Shown here: in pieces, positions 46,561-57,232 of the stretch | Layout of the letters: the number at the start of each line of letters is the position of its first letter | Position numbering within the stretch: the first letter of the stretch is position 1 | Source of the DNA: Hemiscyllium ocellatum | Lineage: Eukaryota | Direction of reading: 5' to 3' | Length of the DNA stretch: 64,000 nt | NCBI RefSeq assembly: GCF_020745735.1 | Contig: NC_083409.1 | Coordinates: 19,612,341 to 19,676,340, forward strand | Program-made: the position numbers and the translations under genes | Notes under the pieces: model-generated | Database searches by the model: none | The model's input: the letters and a program-made list of their open reading frames with translations, nothing else | What the model was told of the DNA's origin: nothing

Positions 46561-47639
46561 CTTTGATCCCTGCTGTTGAATTGGATTCTCGGGAGCCAGC
46601 TCCGTATGAAGAGCCTGTTCTCATTCTTTTGTTGGAGTTCAAGGGCAGTCGCTGTTTCCTTGCTACGTCACTGATCAAACCAACAATGCGGGAAGACTCA
46701 TGATGGAGTGGGTGGTTGTTTGATTTCTCACTTGTGTTAATACAGTTTTAAATGTGTCAGTATACTTTCCCCTCTCCCTATGGAGGGGGTCACTGCCAGT
46801 GTCCCCACCCCACCTTTTCACTCTTATAGTGATAGCATTTTAAGCATTCCATCTGTCAGAGAATGCTGTCATTCCCCCCCCAACCCACACAACTCCCCCA
46901 ACTCCACCTCCCCCCCCCCACCCCCCCCCCACAAATCTCTCGGGCACTGGGTGGGGGGTGAATGGAATTTTAACCTTTATTGCTGCCGGTTGGAATTTAA
47001 AAATAGAGAAACCTTGTACCAATTCTAATGGGTGTGAATGAGCCTGCACGTGCAGTGCTGTGTGCAGTTTTGGTCCCTGTATTTAAGAAAGGATGGACTG
47101 GCATTGGAAGCATCCTCCTGCTCCAATTTCTCACAGCAGAACTGGTTTGGAGCCTGCTTGTAGTATCAGCCTCCAGCCTCTGGATGGTGCCTTGCCCAGC
47201 CTCCCAATTCCTCTCCCCAGTCTCCTGCTGCAGCAGGTGGGGGAGGTGATATAATGGACCACTCGGTTATCCTCAATCCCTCACCCCATCTCCCAAACTC
47301 TCCAACCGAGCCTTCCCCCTCATGGCTCGCAGCTGTGCCTTCAGTCTCCCAGGCCCTCAGCACGGGGATTTCCTCCACAAACCCCTCTCACTTCTTAGAA
47401 CAAACTCTTTGTCTCCTTTTGGTCATCAACACAAACACCATATCTCCCCACCTTTTGAACGGTTACTATATTAAAGATGCTATATTAATACAAGTTGTTG
47501 TGATTGATATTACTGACCAGGAGTTATTTATTGACAGGTTTCACCGATATAACAGGAAAGGGAATGACCACGGCTGTAATGAAGTAATCATTTCCAGCCA
47601 ACTGTACCACTGACACCAGCTCATCAAACGTCCTTAAAA

Positions 47640-47940
47640 TAGCTCCTTCCAAACCCATGACTGCTTTGGTCTGGAACGACAAGGGCAGCAGATATATGGG
47701 AACACCAAATCCCTGGAAGTTCCATGCAAGCCACTCACCGTCTTGACTTTGAACTGTTCCTTCACTGCCACTGGGTCAAAATCCTGTAACTTTCCCTCTA
47801 AGAGCTTCATGAGTCTATCTCCAGCACATGGATGCAACGCTTCAAGAAAGCAACTCAGCACCAACTTCACCAGGGCACCTAGGGATAGGTAATAAATGCT
47901 GGCCCATTCAGTGAACCCCACATCCCATGAAGGAATTTTA
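47640..47940 (+). mobile_element. L2-like LINE 3' tail
   Basis: gggtcaaaatcctg.aact..ccct and gcttcaagaa.gca.ctca.cacca.ctt motifs shared with 38880-39280. Confidence 0.75.
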
Positions 47941-48544
47941 AGAAGCCCATTTCCTTTGACATCTTCCTTCCACCCAGCCTAATACTCAGGCCTCATTGGC
48001 TGCTTGGGTTTCACTTGCCATTCCATCCTATTCTCCACTCCGTGTCCTATCCCTGAGATCCTTGTCAATCGTTCGCTGTTATCGTGGGAGCCTGCTGAGA
48101 GGAAATGGGCTATCACAGTTCCCACATTACAACAATGACTAGACTTTGGAAGTATACATTAGCTGTGAAACATCTTTGAACATCCTGAGCCCATGAACGG
48201 TGTAACAGAAATGCAATTCTCTCTCCTTTTTGTTTCCTCTCCATGCCTTCCCATCTGTCTCCCCACAACATCCCTCTCTTGTTTAAAATCTAGAATGACT
48301 TATGAATCTCTGGGAGAACTTAATCTGTGGCAATATTGAGACTAACAACAACCACCTCCTTGGTGGGCTTTGAGTGTGAAGGTCAATAACACTCTCACTG
48401 GGACTTGATCTTGGTTGTCTCCAGTCAGTCAGTGTTATTGTTCTGGGGCTAGACATTACTGACCAACCTTAGGCCCTGTAACCTGATTGAGATGACAGAT
48501 GACCTGCACTGGGCTTTAACACACTGTTACCACAGCACAGAGTG

Positions 48545-49525
48545 AAATTGTGTAGTGCTGGAAAAGCACGGCCAGTCAGGCGGTATCCCTGGGCAGGAGA
48601 GTCGATGTTTTGAGCATAAGCTCTTCATCAGGAATGGGGAGGAGGGATTGAGGAGTTGGAGAGATAAATGGGAGGGAATTGGGGCTGGGGGGAAGGTCGT
48701 GAAGATTGCAATAGGTACGTGGAGGTGAGGGGTGACAGTAATAAGTCAGAGTGAAGGGTGGAATGGATAGGTGGGAAGGAAGATGGACAGGTAGGACAGT
48801 TCAAGAGGGTGGTGCGGAGTTGGAAGGTTGGATCTGGGATAAGCTAGGGGAGTGGAGATGAGGAAACAAGTAACATCAACATTCAGAGTATTGAGAACAG
48901 GAGTTGGGAGGTCATGTTGCGGCTGTACAGGGCATTAGTGAGGCTGAGGGGTGACCTTAAAGAGGTTTACAAAATTAAGAGGGGCATAGATAGAATAAAT
49001 AGACAATGTCTTTTCCCTGGGGTCGGGGTGTCCAGAACTAGAGGGCATAGGTTTAGGGTGAGAGGGGAAAGATATAAAAGAGACCTAAGGGGCAACTTTT
49101 TCATGCAGAGGGTGGTACGTGTATGGAATGAGCTGCCAGAGGATGTGGTGGAGGCTGGTACAATTGCAACGTTTAAGAGGTATTTGGATGAGGATATGAA
49201 TAAGAAGGGTTTGGAGGGATATGGGCCGGGTGCTGGCAGGTGGGACTAGGTTGGGTTGGGATATCTGGTCGGCATGGACGGGTTGGACTAAAGGGATTGT
49301 TTCCATGCTGTACATCTCTATGACTCTATGACTCTATAACATTGATTCCGTGTCATTGGAGGGTCTCAAGGTGGAAGATGTGGTGTTCTTCCTCCAGTAG
49401 TTAGATGGCTTCAATTTGGCGGTGGAGGGGGCCTAGGGACTTGCATATCCTTAGCAGGTGGGAGGGGGAGTTGAAATGGTCGGCCACAGGGTGGTAGGAT
49501 TGTTTAGTGCGTGTGTCCTGAAGAT
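48545..49525 (-). mobile_element. Penelope-like 3' fragment (minus), split by a plus-strand CR1 3' end (48890-49335)
   Basis: Terminal repeat with decayed hammerhead (CTGATGA-A-GAGC-ttat-GCTC-aaaa, 48600-48635). CR1 ORF 48914-49249. Confidence 0.75.
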
Positions 49526-49599
49526 ATCATCTTCCAATCCTCCAATGAAGATGCACTGTCCTCACCAAAACATGTTGGCAAATCTCTTCATAACATGTA

Positions 49600-52500
49600 A
49601 AGGGAGAGAAACATTGAAAACTGTATTATCATGAGTGAGAGTCCATTTAAAACAAGGACTATGATGTTAAATGTTCCCAGCCATAAACAACACTGGTGTA
49701 TTGATGTCATTATCTTATTAAACAATATTAAAACCTCAGCCAAACATTTTCCTGCAGACAGTGTATTTAAAATATCAAGAGGCTTTCCCCATTGTTGGTT
49801 TGATCAGTGACGTAGCAAGGAAGCAGCAGCTGCCCCATAAACTCCAACAAAAGAATGAGAACAGGCTCTTCATACAGAGCTGGCTCCCGAGAATCCAATT
49901 CAACAGCAGGGACCAAAGGACAAGGAACAATACAGCACAGGAACAGGCCCTTCAGCCTTCCAAGCCTGTGCTGATATATTTTGCCCTTCTATACTGAAAC
50001 TGTCTTCATCGACAGAATTCATATCCCTCTATTCCCTTCCTATTCATGCATTAGTGCAGGTATTTCTTGAATACTTCTATTGTGTCTGCTTCCACCCCCT
50101 CCTCTGGCTGTGTGTTCCAGGTACTCAACTTCCTTTGTGTGAAATACTTGGTTTGTACATCTCTGTACAATTAATTGCTCCAAACCCCTGCACCTTGCAT
50201 ATCCTTGAACCTGTGTCCCCTAGTATTTGACCCCTTCACCCTGGGAAAAAGCCTCATATTTTCCACTCTGCCTATCCCATTCACAACTCTGTAAACTTCT
50301 ATCAGGACGCACCTCATTTTCCTGCATCCCAGTGAAAACAAACTCAGTCTCTCCAATCTTTCTTCAGAACTACAATCCCCCCATACCAGACAATATCCTG
50401 GTAAACAGTTTCTGAACCGTCTTCAAAACATCCACATCCTTCTTTTTGGACTGTATGCAGTTCTATGCAACCAGAACAGTGTGCCATATTCCAAGTATGG
50501 CCGAACTAAAGTTCTATAAAGCTGCAGCATGACTTGTCTATCCTTACACTCAATGCCTCTTCCAATGAAGGCAAGCAGGCCATAAGCCTTTTTTACTGCC
50601 TTACCTCCCTGTGCTGGTACCTTCAGTGATTTGTGAATATGCACACCCAGATCCCTCTGCATATCAATACCCCAAAGGATCCTGCCATTCACTGTATAAT
50701 TCCCACCTGTACATCACCTTTCAAAATGCATCACCTCACATTTGTCTGGATTAAACTACCTCTGCCATTTTTCTGTCCAAGCATCCACCTGATCTCTATC
50801 CTGCCATATCCTAGATAATCCTTCTCATTATCTGCAATTCTACCAATCTTTGTATCAATTGTAAACTTACTAATTAGACCAGCTACACATTCCTCCAAAT
50901 CATTTATGTAGACCATATACAGCAGAGTTCCTTGTGGAACCCCACAAGTCACAGCCCTCCATTCTGAAAACCATCCTCCCATCACTGCCCTCTGAGTCCT
51001 CTGACTCAGCCAGTTCTGTATCCAATGCTGGGAACATTTTTGACAAGACACCTTGTTGCCAGCTCATTACAGCAACTTGATCCAGTTCACTCAGATAGAG
51101 ACAAAGGACAATATGTAGACTGTTGAACAGGCCCCTTCACCTGGGCCTGAGGCAGGAGCCCAATATCCAACACACTGGCCTCACTTCACACCAACCTTCA
51201 CAAAGTGCGGGGTCATGAACACCGGCCAACGATCCCTCTGGGACCGGGACAGAGTGAGGGAACAGGGACAATTGTAGAAGAGTCAATAAGGAGTAAAGCA
51301 GGATGGAGAGGGTGTGTTAGGAAGTGTTTAATGGAAGAAACATACTTTGTGATACCCAATACTAACATTGTCTCCGTGTATCACAGAATGAAAAAAAAGC
51401 ACTTGTTTTGAAGACAATCAAAAGTCACACCAATGTACTTCTTTTTGATATATCATAGCATGCAGAGCATTTTCATTGTGGTGCAATAAGTATCCTGGTC
51501 CTAAAGCTGTTCTCTCTCTTGCCTTGTTTCTGCAGATGGAGCCAATTAGATCCTCGCAGAGCCCCAGTTTATTTGTAGTGTTCAGTAATGTGGGGATACC
51601 GATGGTGGACTGGGGAACACCTGATGAAGGAGCAGCACTTCAGAAGCTTGTGATTTCAAATGAACCTGTTGGGCTAGAACCTGGTGTTGTGTGCCTTCAG
51701 ACTTTATATTGTTCAGGCACAGTGAAACAGCTGCTTTCTAGTAACAATAGTGAATGTGCACTTCAACTGAGGACGATGAGTAATGACTCCTTCCATTATC
51801 CGAGAATAAACCCATAGGCATTCCGGGGGATTCCAGTGTGAATGACCTGTCAGGTGCTTCCCAGATATTTCCCAGGGAAGGTTAACAAGCAAGGATGGAG
51901 ACGGGAGCGCGAAGCCTCAAGTGCTGTTCTGTGCAGTTTGGGGGCACGCTTTGATAGCCAGTTGTTAGATCTTTTGAGTGTAATTCATTTTTTGCTGAGC
52001 CCAGTGTCAATCCGAAGGACACACCACCTTGCAGTCTGACAAACCAGGGTCACCCGTGTCATGGTTCTGTTTCTGACCGAGGCTCCAGTCTTTCAAAGAG
52101 ATGAATTCAAGCCTCACCAATTTGATAATTTGAATTATAGGTCATTTATTTTGATTTCTCCTGGGATGGGGTGGGTGTTGCCCTTCCCTAACTGTCCTGG
52201 AGAGGGCGGTGGTGAGCCATGAGTTTCTCGAAGAGGATCTGACAGAGGGACAAGGTCATGTCCTCGGCCTGAGCACAACTGCCTGACCTGCTGTGCTTTT
52301 CCAGCGCCACACTTTTCGACTCCGAGCACAACTATCCATCAGCAGAATGAGCTGTGACACAAGAGGAAACGTGGGAGTGTTGGAAAGGCACCGGCAGCCT
52401 GGTCAGCCTGCAGAGGGACAGAAACAGATTTGATGAATGAGCTGATATCCTCCCGAGCTGAGATGCAGACTCAGGCTTTCAGAGCCACACAGTTTACATT

Positions 52501-53050
52501 GTTACTGACCGTGGCTCCATGGGCAATGCTCCTGGCCCATAGTCAAAATGGTCATCGGATTGAAAGCCACCTCAGAAATGAGAGCACAGAATCCAGGCTG
52601 AGACCGGGGTGCACTGCTGAAAGTTGCACGGTCTCTGGCTCCATCATTTGAGGCTCCACCACCATCACACCTCAACCACCCCCACCCCAACCTGAGGGGG
52701 CTCGACAAGATCCCATTCTGAAGAGATTCCCTCGGGGGCCCTGCTCAAAATTCAACTCGTCCCACCAAAACAGAGTTGTCTTGTCATTTGTTTCCTGTCT
52801 GTGGGACCTTACCATCTTGTCCGTGAACGTGACTGCTCTACGCTCACAGCTTTGAATATCCTGACAAACTAAAAAAAACTGCATCAACAAGAGTTCTCTC
52901 TCCATTATCATGTAAAAGGGGAGCAATGAGCAAGTGATAATGCACGTTGAGCGCAGACACTGAAGCTTCAGCTGAAAGGCTTTTTACACCATGTTAACCT
53001 GCTCCCTGGGCAATTCCTTCCAATATCCGAGGTGGTTATCAGGCTGGGAT
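49600..53050. repeat. Right arm of the inverted segmental duplication; ends about 190 bp before C2
   Basis: See left arm. ORFs 42570-42821 (minus) and 52430-52651 (plus) are near-identical. Confidence 0.9.
49920..51030 (-). mobile_element. 5'-truncated CR1, orthologous to 45480-46560
   Basis: ORFs 50423-50692 and 50731-51051. Absent at the homologous site 62401-62430. Confidence 0.85.
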
Positions 53051-53239
53051 GGGCAATAAATGCTGGAGCTGGCAGTGACTCTGATATCCCAAGATGCAAT
53101 TTGAACAATACCTGTCCTTTCATCGGGTTTATTCTGTATTGACTACAAATGTTCAATAAGATTGTATTGCCAGTGAATATACTGAGAGTCAAAATCCATT
53201 TGTTTGGCAGGGATTAAAATTGTTTCTTTTGTCTTTCAG

Positions 53240-53553
53240 GCCATGACAACTCTCAGCCCAAGCTGACCCTGCTGCCCCCCTCCCCGGAGCAGGTCAATGC
53301 CAAGGGCACTGCCACCCTGGTGTGCCTTGCCAATCACTTCTATCCCGATGAGCTGGAGGTGCAGTGGAAGAAGGATGGTGCAGTCATTTCGGACAGGGTT
53401 CAGACCATTTCGGACAGCACCTACAGTGTCAGCAGCCTGCTGACCCTCTCTGGGTCTGACTGGGAGTCCAACGCTCGCTTCTCCTGTGCCCTCACCCATG
53501 TGACCCTCCCCTCTCCCCTCAGCAAGAGCATCTGGAGATCAGAATGTGTGTAG
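53240..53553 (+). CDS. IGKC: Ig kappa constant exon C2: open frame, both domain Cys and the terminal Cys retained, 15-nt in-frame deletion (VQTISDS versus VQTSNYLRASDS)
   Basis: Phase-1 acceptor at 53239. (S)HDNSQPKLTLLPP...LVCLANHFYP...RFSCALTHV...SECV*. Confidence 0.88.
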
Positions 53554-54049
53554 AGTGTTTGAGACAGTCCACAGAGGAGACACAACTTTAAATAGAACAG
53601 GGCTGAGCTGGCAGGACAAAGGTCATTGTCAGCACTGAATTTCAACTCTCTTCCTTCTCAGGACTGGCTCAGAGATACGTCTGAGGTTTGGATGTTGAAG
53701 TAGGTCACTGCGACAGTGTCGAGAGACTTTACGCTATGTCAAAGCTCATGCTGTCCTTGTCCGGGGAGTGTTTGATGGGGAAGTGTTGATTGTATGAAGA
53801 CTGTCAGCTGTACAAAATAATGTGAACCTCAGAAGTCTCTGCTTCAGTAAACCAGATCGTCTTCCTGCTTAGCTGTCAGTTCCAATTTAGGGTTTTGTCA
53901 CTGTTTAAAGGAACAGAATTTTCATGTTATTGAGCAAATCTCCACAAGTGTTTTCCTTATGCTCCAATGTGGCTGTGATTTTGAGCAGCTTCCTCTGTCT
54001 GGGCTGTTAATTGCAGGCTTTTTTCTGTCAATGTGAATGTGGAAAAGCG

Positions 54050-54055
54050 AATAAA
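54050..54055 (+). terminator. Polyadenylation signal for C2
   Basis: AATAAA at the position homologous to 36058, with a GT-rich downstream element. Confidence 0.65.
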
Positions 54056-54410
54056 GATGAAGATTCAGTCTCTGTCTCTGTGCGCTTTGGAAATAGATGA
54101 CCTTCCCCACCCCACACCCCCACCCCAGTTGATTGGCTGCATTTCATCAGGTCATTGTCAAGATTGGCTGGTTGGCCTGCCAATCAATTACAATCATCTA
54201 TCATTAATCATTTTCAAATGATCCCTTTGGTCAGGAATTTATGTAGATTACAAGATTCCAAAAAGAACAGAAACTGAAAGTTGTTAGGACTCAATAAGTA
54301 CAATCCGACACATTCCCTCCAGGCCCAGCTGATGGGATTGCACTGTGCAATCTTTGCGGCGTGTTGGGTAGCCCCGAAACAATCTTCAGTCATTCACAGA
54401 CATTGTCGGC

Positions 54411-54763
54411 TGTGTCTCTCACAGTGTGAATGTTTTACTTTATGCTGCCTGTAGGCGTCTCTCTCAGTGTGTGTGTTACTCTATGCTGCCTGTAGGCGTC
54501 TCTCTCAGTGTGAGTGTGTTACTCTATGCTGCCTGTAGGTGTCTCTCTCAGTGTGAGTGTGTTACTCTATGCTGCCTGTAGGCGTCTCTCTCAGTGTGAG
54601 TGTGTTACTCTATGCTGCCTGTAGGTGTCTCTCTCAGTGTGAGTGTGTTACTCTATGCTGCCTGTAGGTGTCTCTCTCAGTGCGAGTGTGTTACTCTGTG
54701 CTGCCTGTAGGTGTCTCTCTCAGTGTGAGTGTGTTACTCTGTGCTGCCTGTAGGTGTCTCTCT
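54411..54763 (+). repeat. 43-bp minisatellite, about 8 copies (tatgctgcctgtaggygtctctctcagtgtgagtgtgttactc)
   Basis: Unit starts at 54441, 54482, 54525, 54568, 54611, 54654, 54697 and 54740; very homogeneous. Confidence 0.95.
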
Positions 54764-55619
54764 GAGGTCTGTGTCTCCGAGCGATGGCTTGAGAATGGGC
54801 TTTGTGCTGGGGATTGAAGATGAGACTTTATTCTTCTCAAATCATGAATGAAAAACAGCTCAGCTGATTCAGTCTGAGAGGCAGTTCATTCAGATGGCAA
54901 AAGTTAAAAAGCACACAATACCAGGTTTGAGTCAAACAGGTTTATTTGGAAGTAGAAGGACTCGGTGCGCTGTTCCTTCATCAGGTAGCTGGAGGGGCAG
55001 GATCACAGGACAGAGTTTATAGTAAATTCAGATGACAGCTGAGAGTGTATTCTCGGTAAGGGAGGGATTTCAGAGGCAGTGGGCACTGTGCTCCCTAATG
55101 TGTTGCCCAATTACAAGGGGATTTTCTGGATACAGGCTCAGAGCAGTAGTGGCTGCCTGCCCAGCCAATGCTGGCTCACCACAGTTGTATTTCAGTTGTC
55201 AATTAGCCCGAAATTGGGAGCAGCAATATTACCTTCCAGGGAGGGGGGCTGTCTGAGGGAGGGAAGTTGAATTCTTACAGCCCCAAGAGAGGTTGCGGTG
55301 GATTAATGACAGGTATGACCACCATGAAGGTGCCAAGTTCTCTCCTCCTGTCCCAGCTGTGATGCCCCTCAGGTTAAAAACGTGACTGTGCTCCTTTAGG
55401 ATGATGACCATGTTCCTGGGTGAGGTAGGGAAGGAAGGTCAGCCTCTCCCAAAGGCAGCACAAGCTGGATCAAAGGGGCATCAAGAGTAAGCATGGGGAG
55501 ATTGAGGGTGACAGAAGGAGGGGGTGGGTTGGCAGGTTGTTATTCAGAGTCAGATCCCAGAGTATCAGTCCTTCTGACACTCCCCTTTATTTTAGAACCT
55601 CTGACACTCCTGTTTATTT

Positions 55620-56700
55620 TTTTTCTATTACCTCACAGTACCGCCTAACTGCGGTCGTGCTTATTTTTTCCCCAGCACCCGTGTGTGTGTGTGCAGGTGT
55701 GAGACACAGTGAGAGACACAAGGTGTATGAATCTTTATTCAGTTTCCACCACCAGGAAGAAAGGAAACACCCAAGTGGCCTGTGACAAGCAGTGGCCTTC
55801 GCATCAAAGGGCAATGCTGTGTGATCAAACAGTGCAGGGGAGGGCAGGGATTAAATTAAAATAGATTTGAAGGGGGAGATAATACACTCCACTCCCTGCG
55901 GCATCCACCTCTCCCTGAACAACTCCAGGGTGTTGGTGGAGACCGCATGCTCCTTCTTCAAGGACACCCGGGCTCTAACGTAACCACGGAAGAGGGGCAG
56001 GCAGTCGGCACAAATGACCCCCTCCATGGCCCACTGCCTGGACCTGTTTATGGCCAGTTTGGCCAGGCCCAGGAGCAAACCCACGAGGAGGTCTTCAGAC
56101 CTGCCCTCCCTCCTCCGTACCGGGTGCCCGAAGATCAGGAGCGTGGGACTGAAGTGCAACCAAAAGCAGAGGAGGAGGTTTTTAAGAAAATCAAAAAGGG
56201 AGTGCAAATGCCCGCACCCAATATACACATGGTTCACGGTCTCCACAGCTCCACAGAACAAGCAGTTGGGCCGGGAGTCTGTGAACCACCGCAATCAGCA
56301 GTTGCAGAGGACCGCTGCGTGCAACACCCTCCACCCCAGATCCCCAAGAGAAAGGGGGAGGACTCCTACGTAGAAAGCCCTCCACTGGGGATCTCCACCG
56401 CCTGGTGGCAAATGGGCACGCCAAGGCGTGTCCGGACGGTGGATAAGGGAAAAGAGATGGACAGTGTGCAGCAGCAGTCGATACAGGGCCCGCCTTTTTA
56501 ATCCTTAAAAGGGACTAAATTAAAATTCCGGAGGTGGCTCAGGTTGTGGAGCACAGGCTCCCGCGGAAAGTACGGAACCTTGGGGCCAGTGTGAAATTCC
56601 GTCCGGGCTGGGGGGAGCACGGACGGGATCCCTCTGCACACCTGAGCATCCTCCAACTAGTGCACTACGTCGGGTCCAAGCACCGCCGTTTGACAGTCCC
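55620..56700 (-). mobile_element. 5'-truncated Tx1-clade LINE (ORF2 C-terminal zinc-binding region and 3' end)
   Basis: ORF 55851-56294: CLFCGAVETVNHVYIGC...LLLGLAKLAINRSR. Minus-strand AATAAA at 55734-55739, then a (CA)-rich tail. CpG-rich, so likely young. Confidence 0.8.
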
Positions 56701-56934
56701 CTTTTCATCTGTCAGCCAAGACTCCCTGATTGGACAAGGTTAACTGTCCCTGTCAGGGAACTCATATTATATATAAAAGAATAAAACATTTATTGAACAA
56801 GGATCTCAAGAGCTAAATGGCACTAGACAAAATGAATGGTTTGAAAGGTTTCATTATGAACACCGCAAATGAGATTTGGTGAAGAACATTTTCACTCAGC
56901 GGGTGGTGGGAATCTGGAATGGACTGTCATAGAA

Positions 56935-57232
56935 TCCCTGCTGTGAGGAAACAAGTTATTTGGCCCAACAAGTCCACACTGACCCTTGGAAGAGTAACCC
57001 ACCCAAGACCCAATCCCCATCCCATTACTCTACTTTTCCCCTGACTAATGAATCTAACCTACCCATCCCTGCCCACTATGGGCAATTTAGCACAGCCAAT
57101 TCACCTAACCTGCACGTCTTTAGATTGTGGGAGGAAACCAGAGCACTCAGAGGAAACCTACACAGACATGGGGAGAATGTGCAAACTCCACACAGACATT
57201 TGCCTGAGGCTGGAATCGAACCCGAGTCAAAA
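56935..57232 (-). mobile_element. HE1-type SINE
   Basis: Reverse complement of the SINE body seen at 14947-15246. Confidence 0.8.

Larger units (their letters stand above)
42144..46780. repeat. Left arm of a large inverted segmental duplication (partner 49600-53050)
   Basis: 42144-42960 matches 52220-53050 and 44700-46780 matches 49600-51850, both reverse complement. About 1.3 kb of extra sequence at 43360-44700. Confidence 0.9.

Noticed and set aside
36000-53239. Search for a second V or J serving C2
   Set aside because: No GGTTTTTGT/ACAAAAACC nonamer with correct spacing, FGxGT exon or WYQQ/DYYC motif was seen on either strand. The search was by eye, so a highly decayed segment could have been missed.
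54411-54763. Regular repeat array considered as CRISPR-like or as an array of cryptic RSSs
   Set aside because: Head-to-tail units without unique spacers in a vertebrate genome; the heptamer-like CAGTGTG has no nonamer.
55947-56501. 184-aa plus-strand ORF
   Set aside because: Antisense shadow of the GC-rich Tx1 ORF2 fragment.
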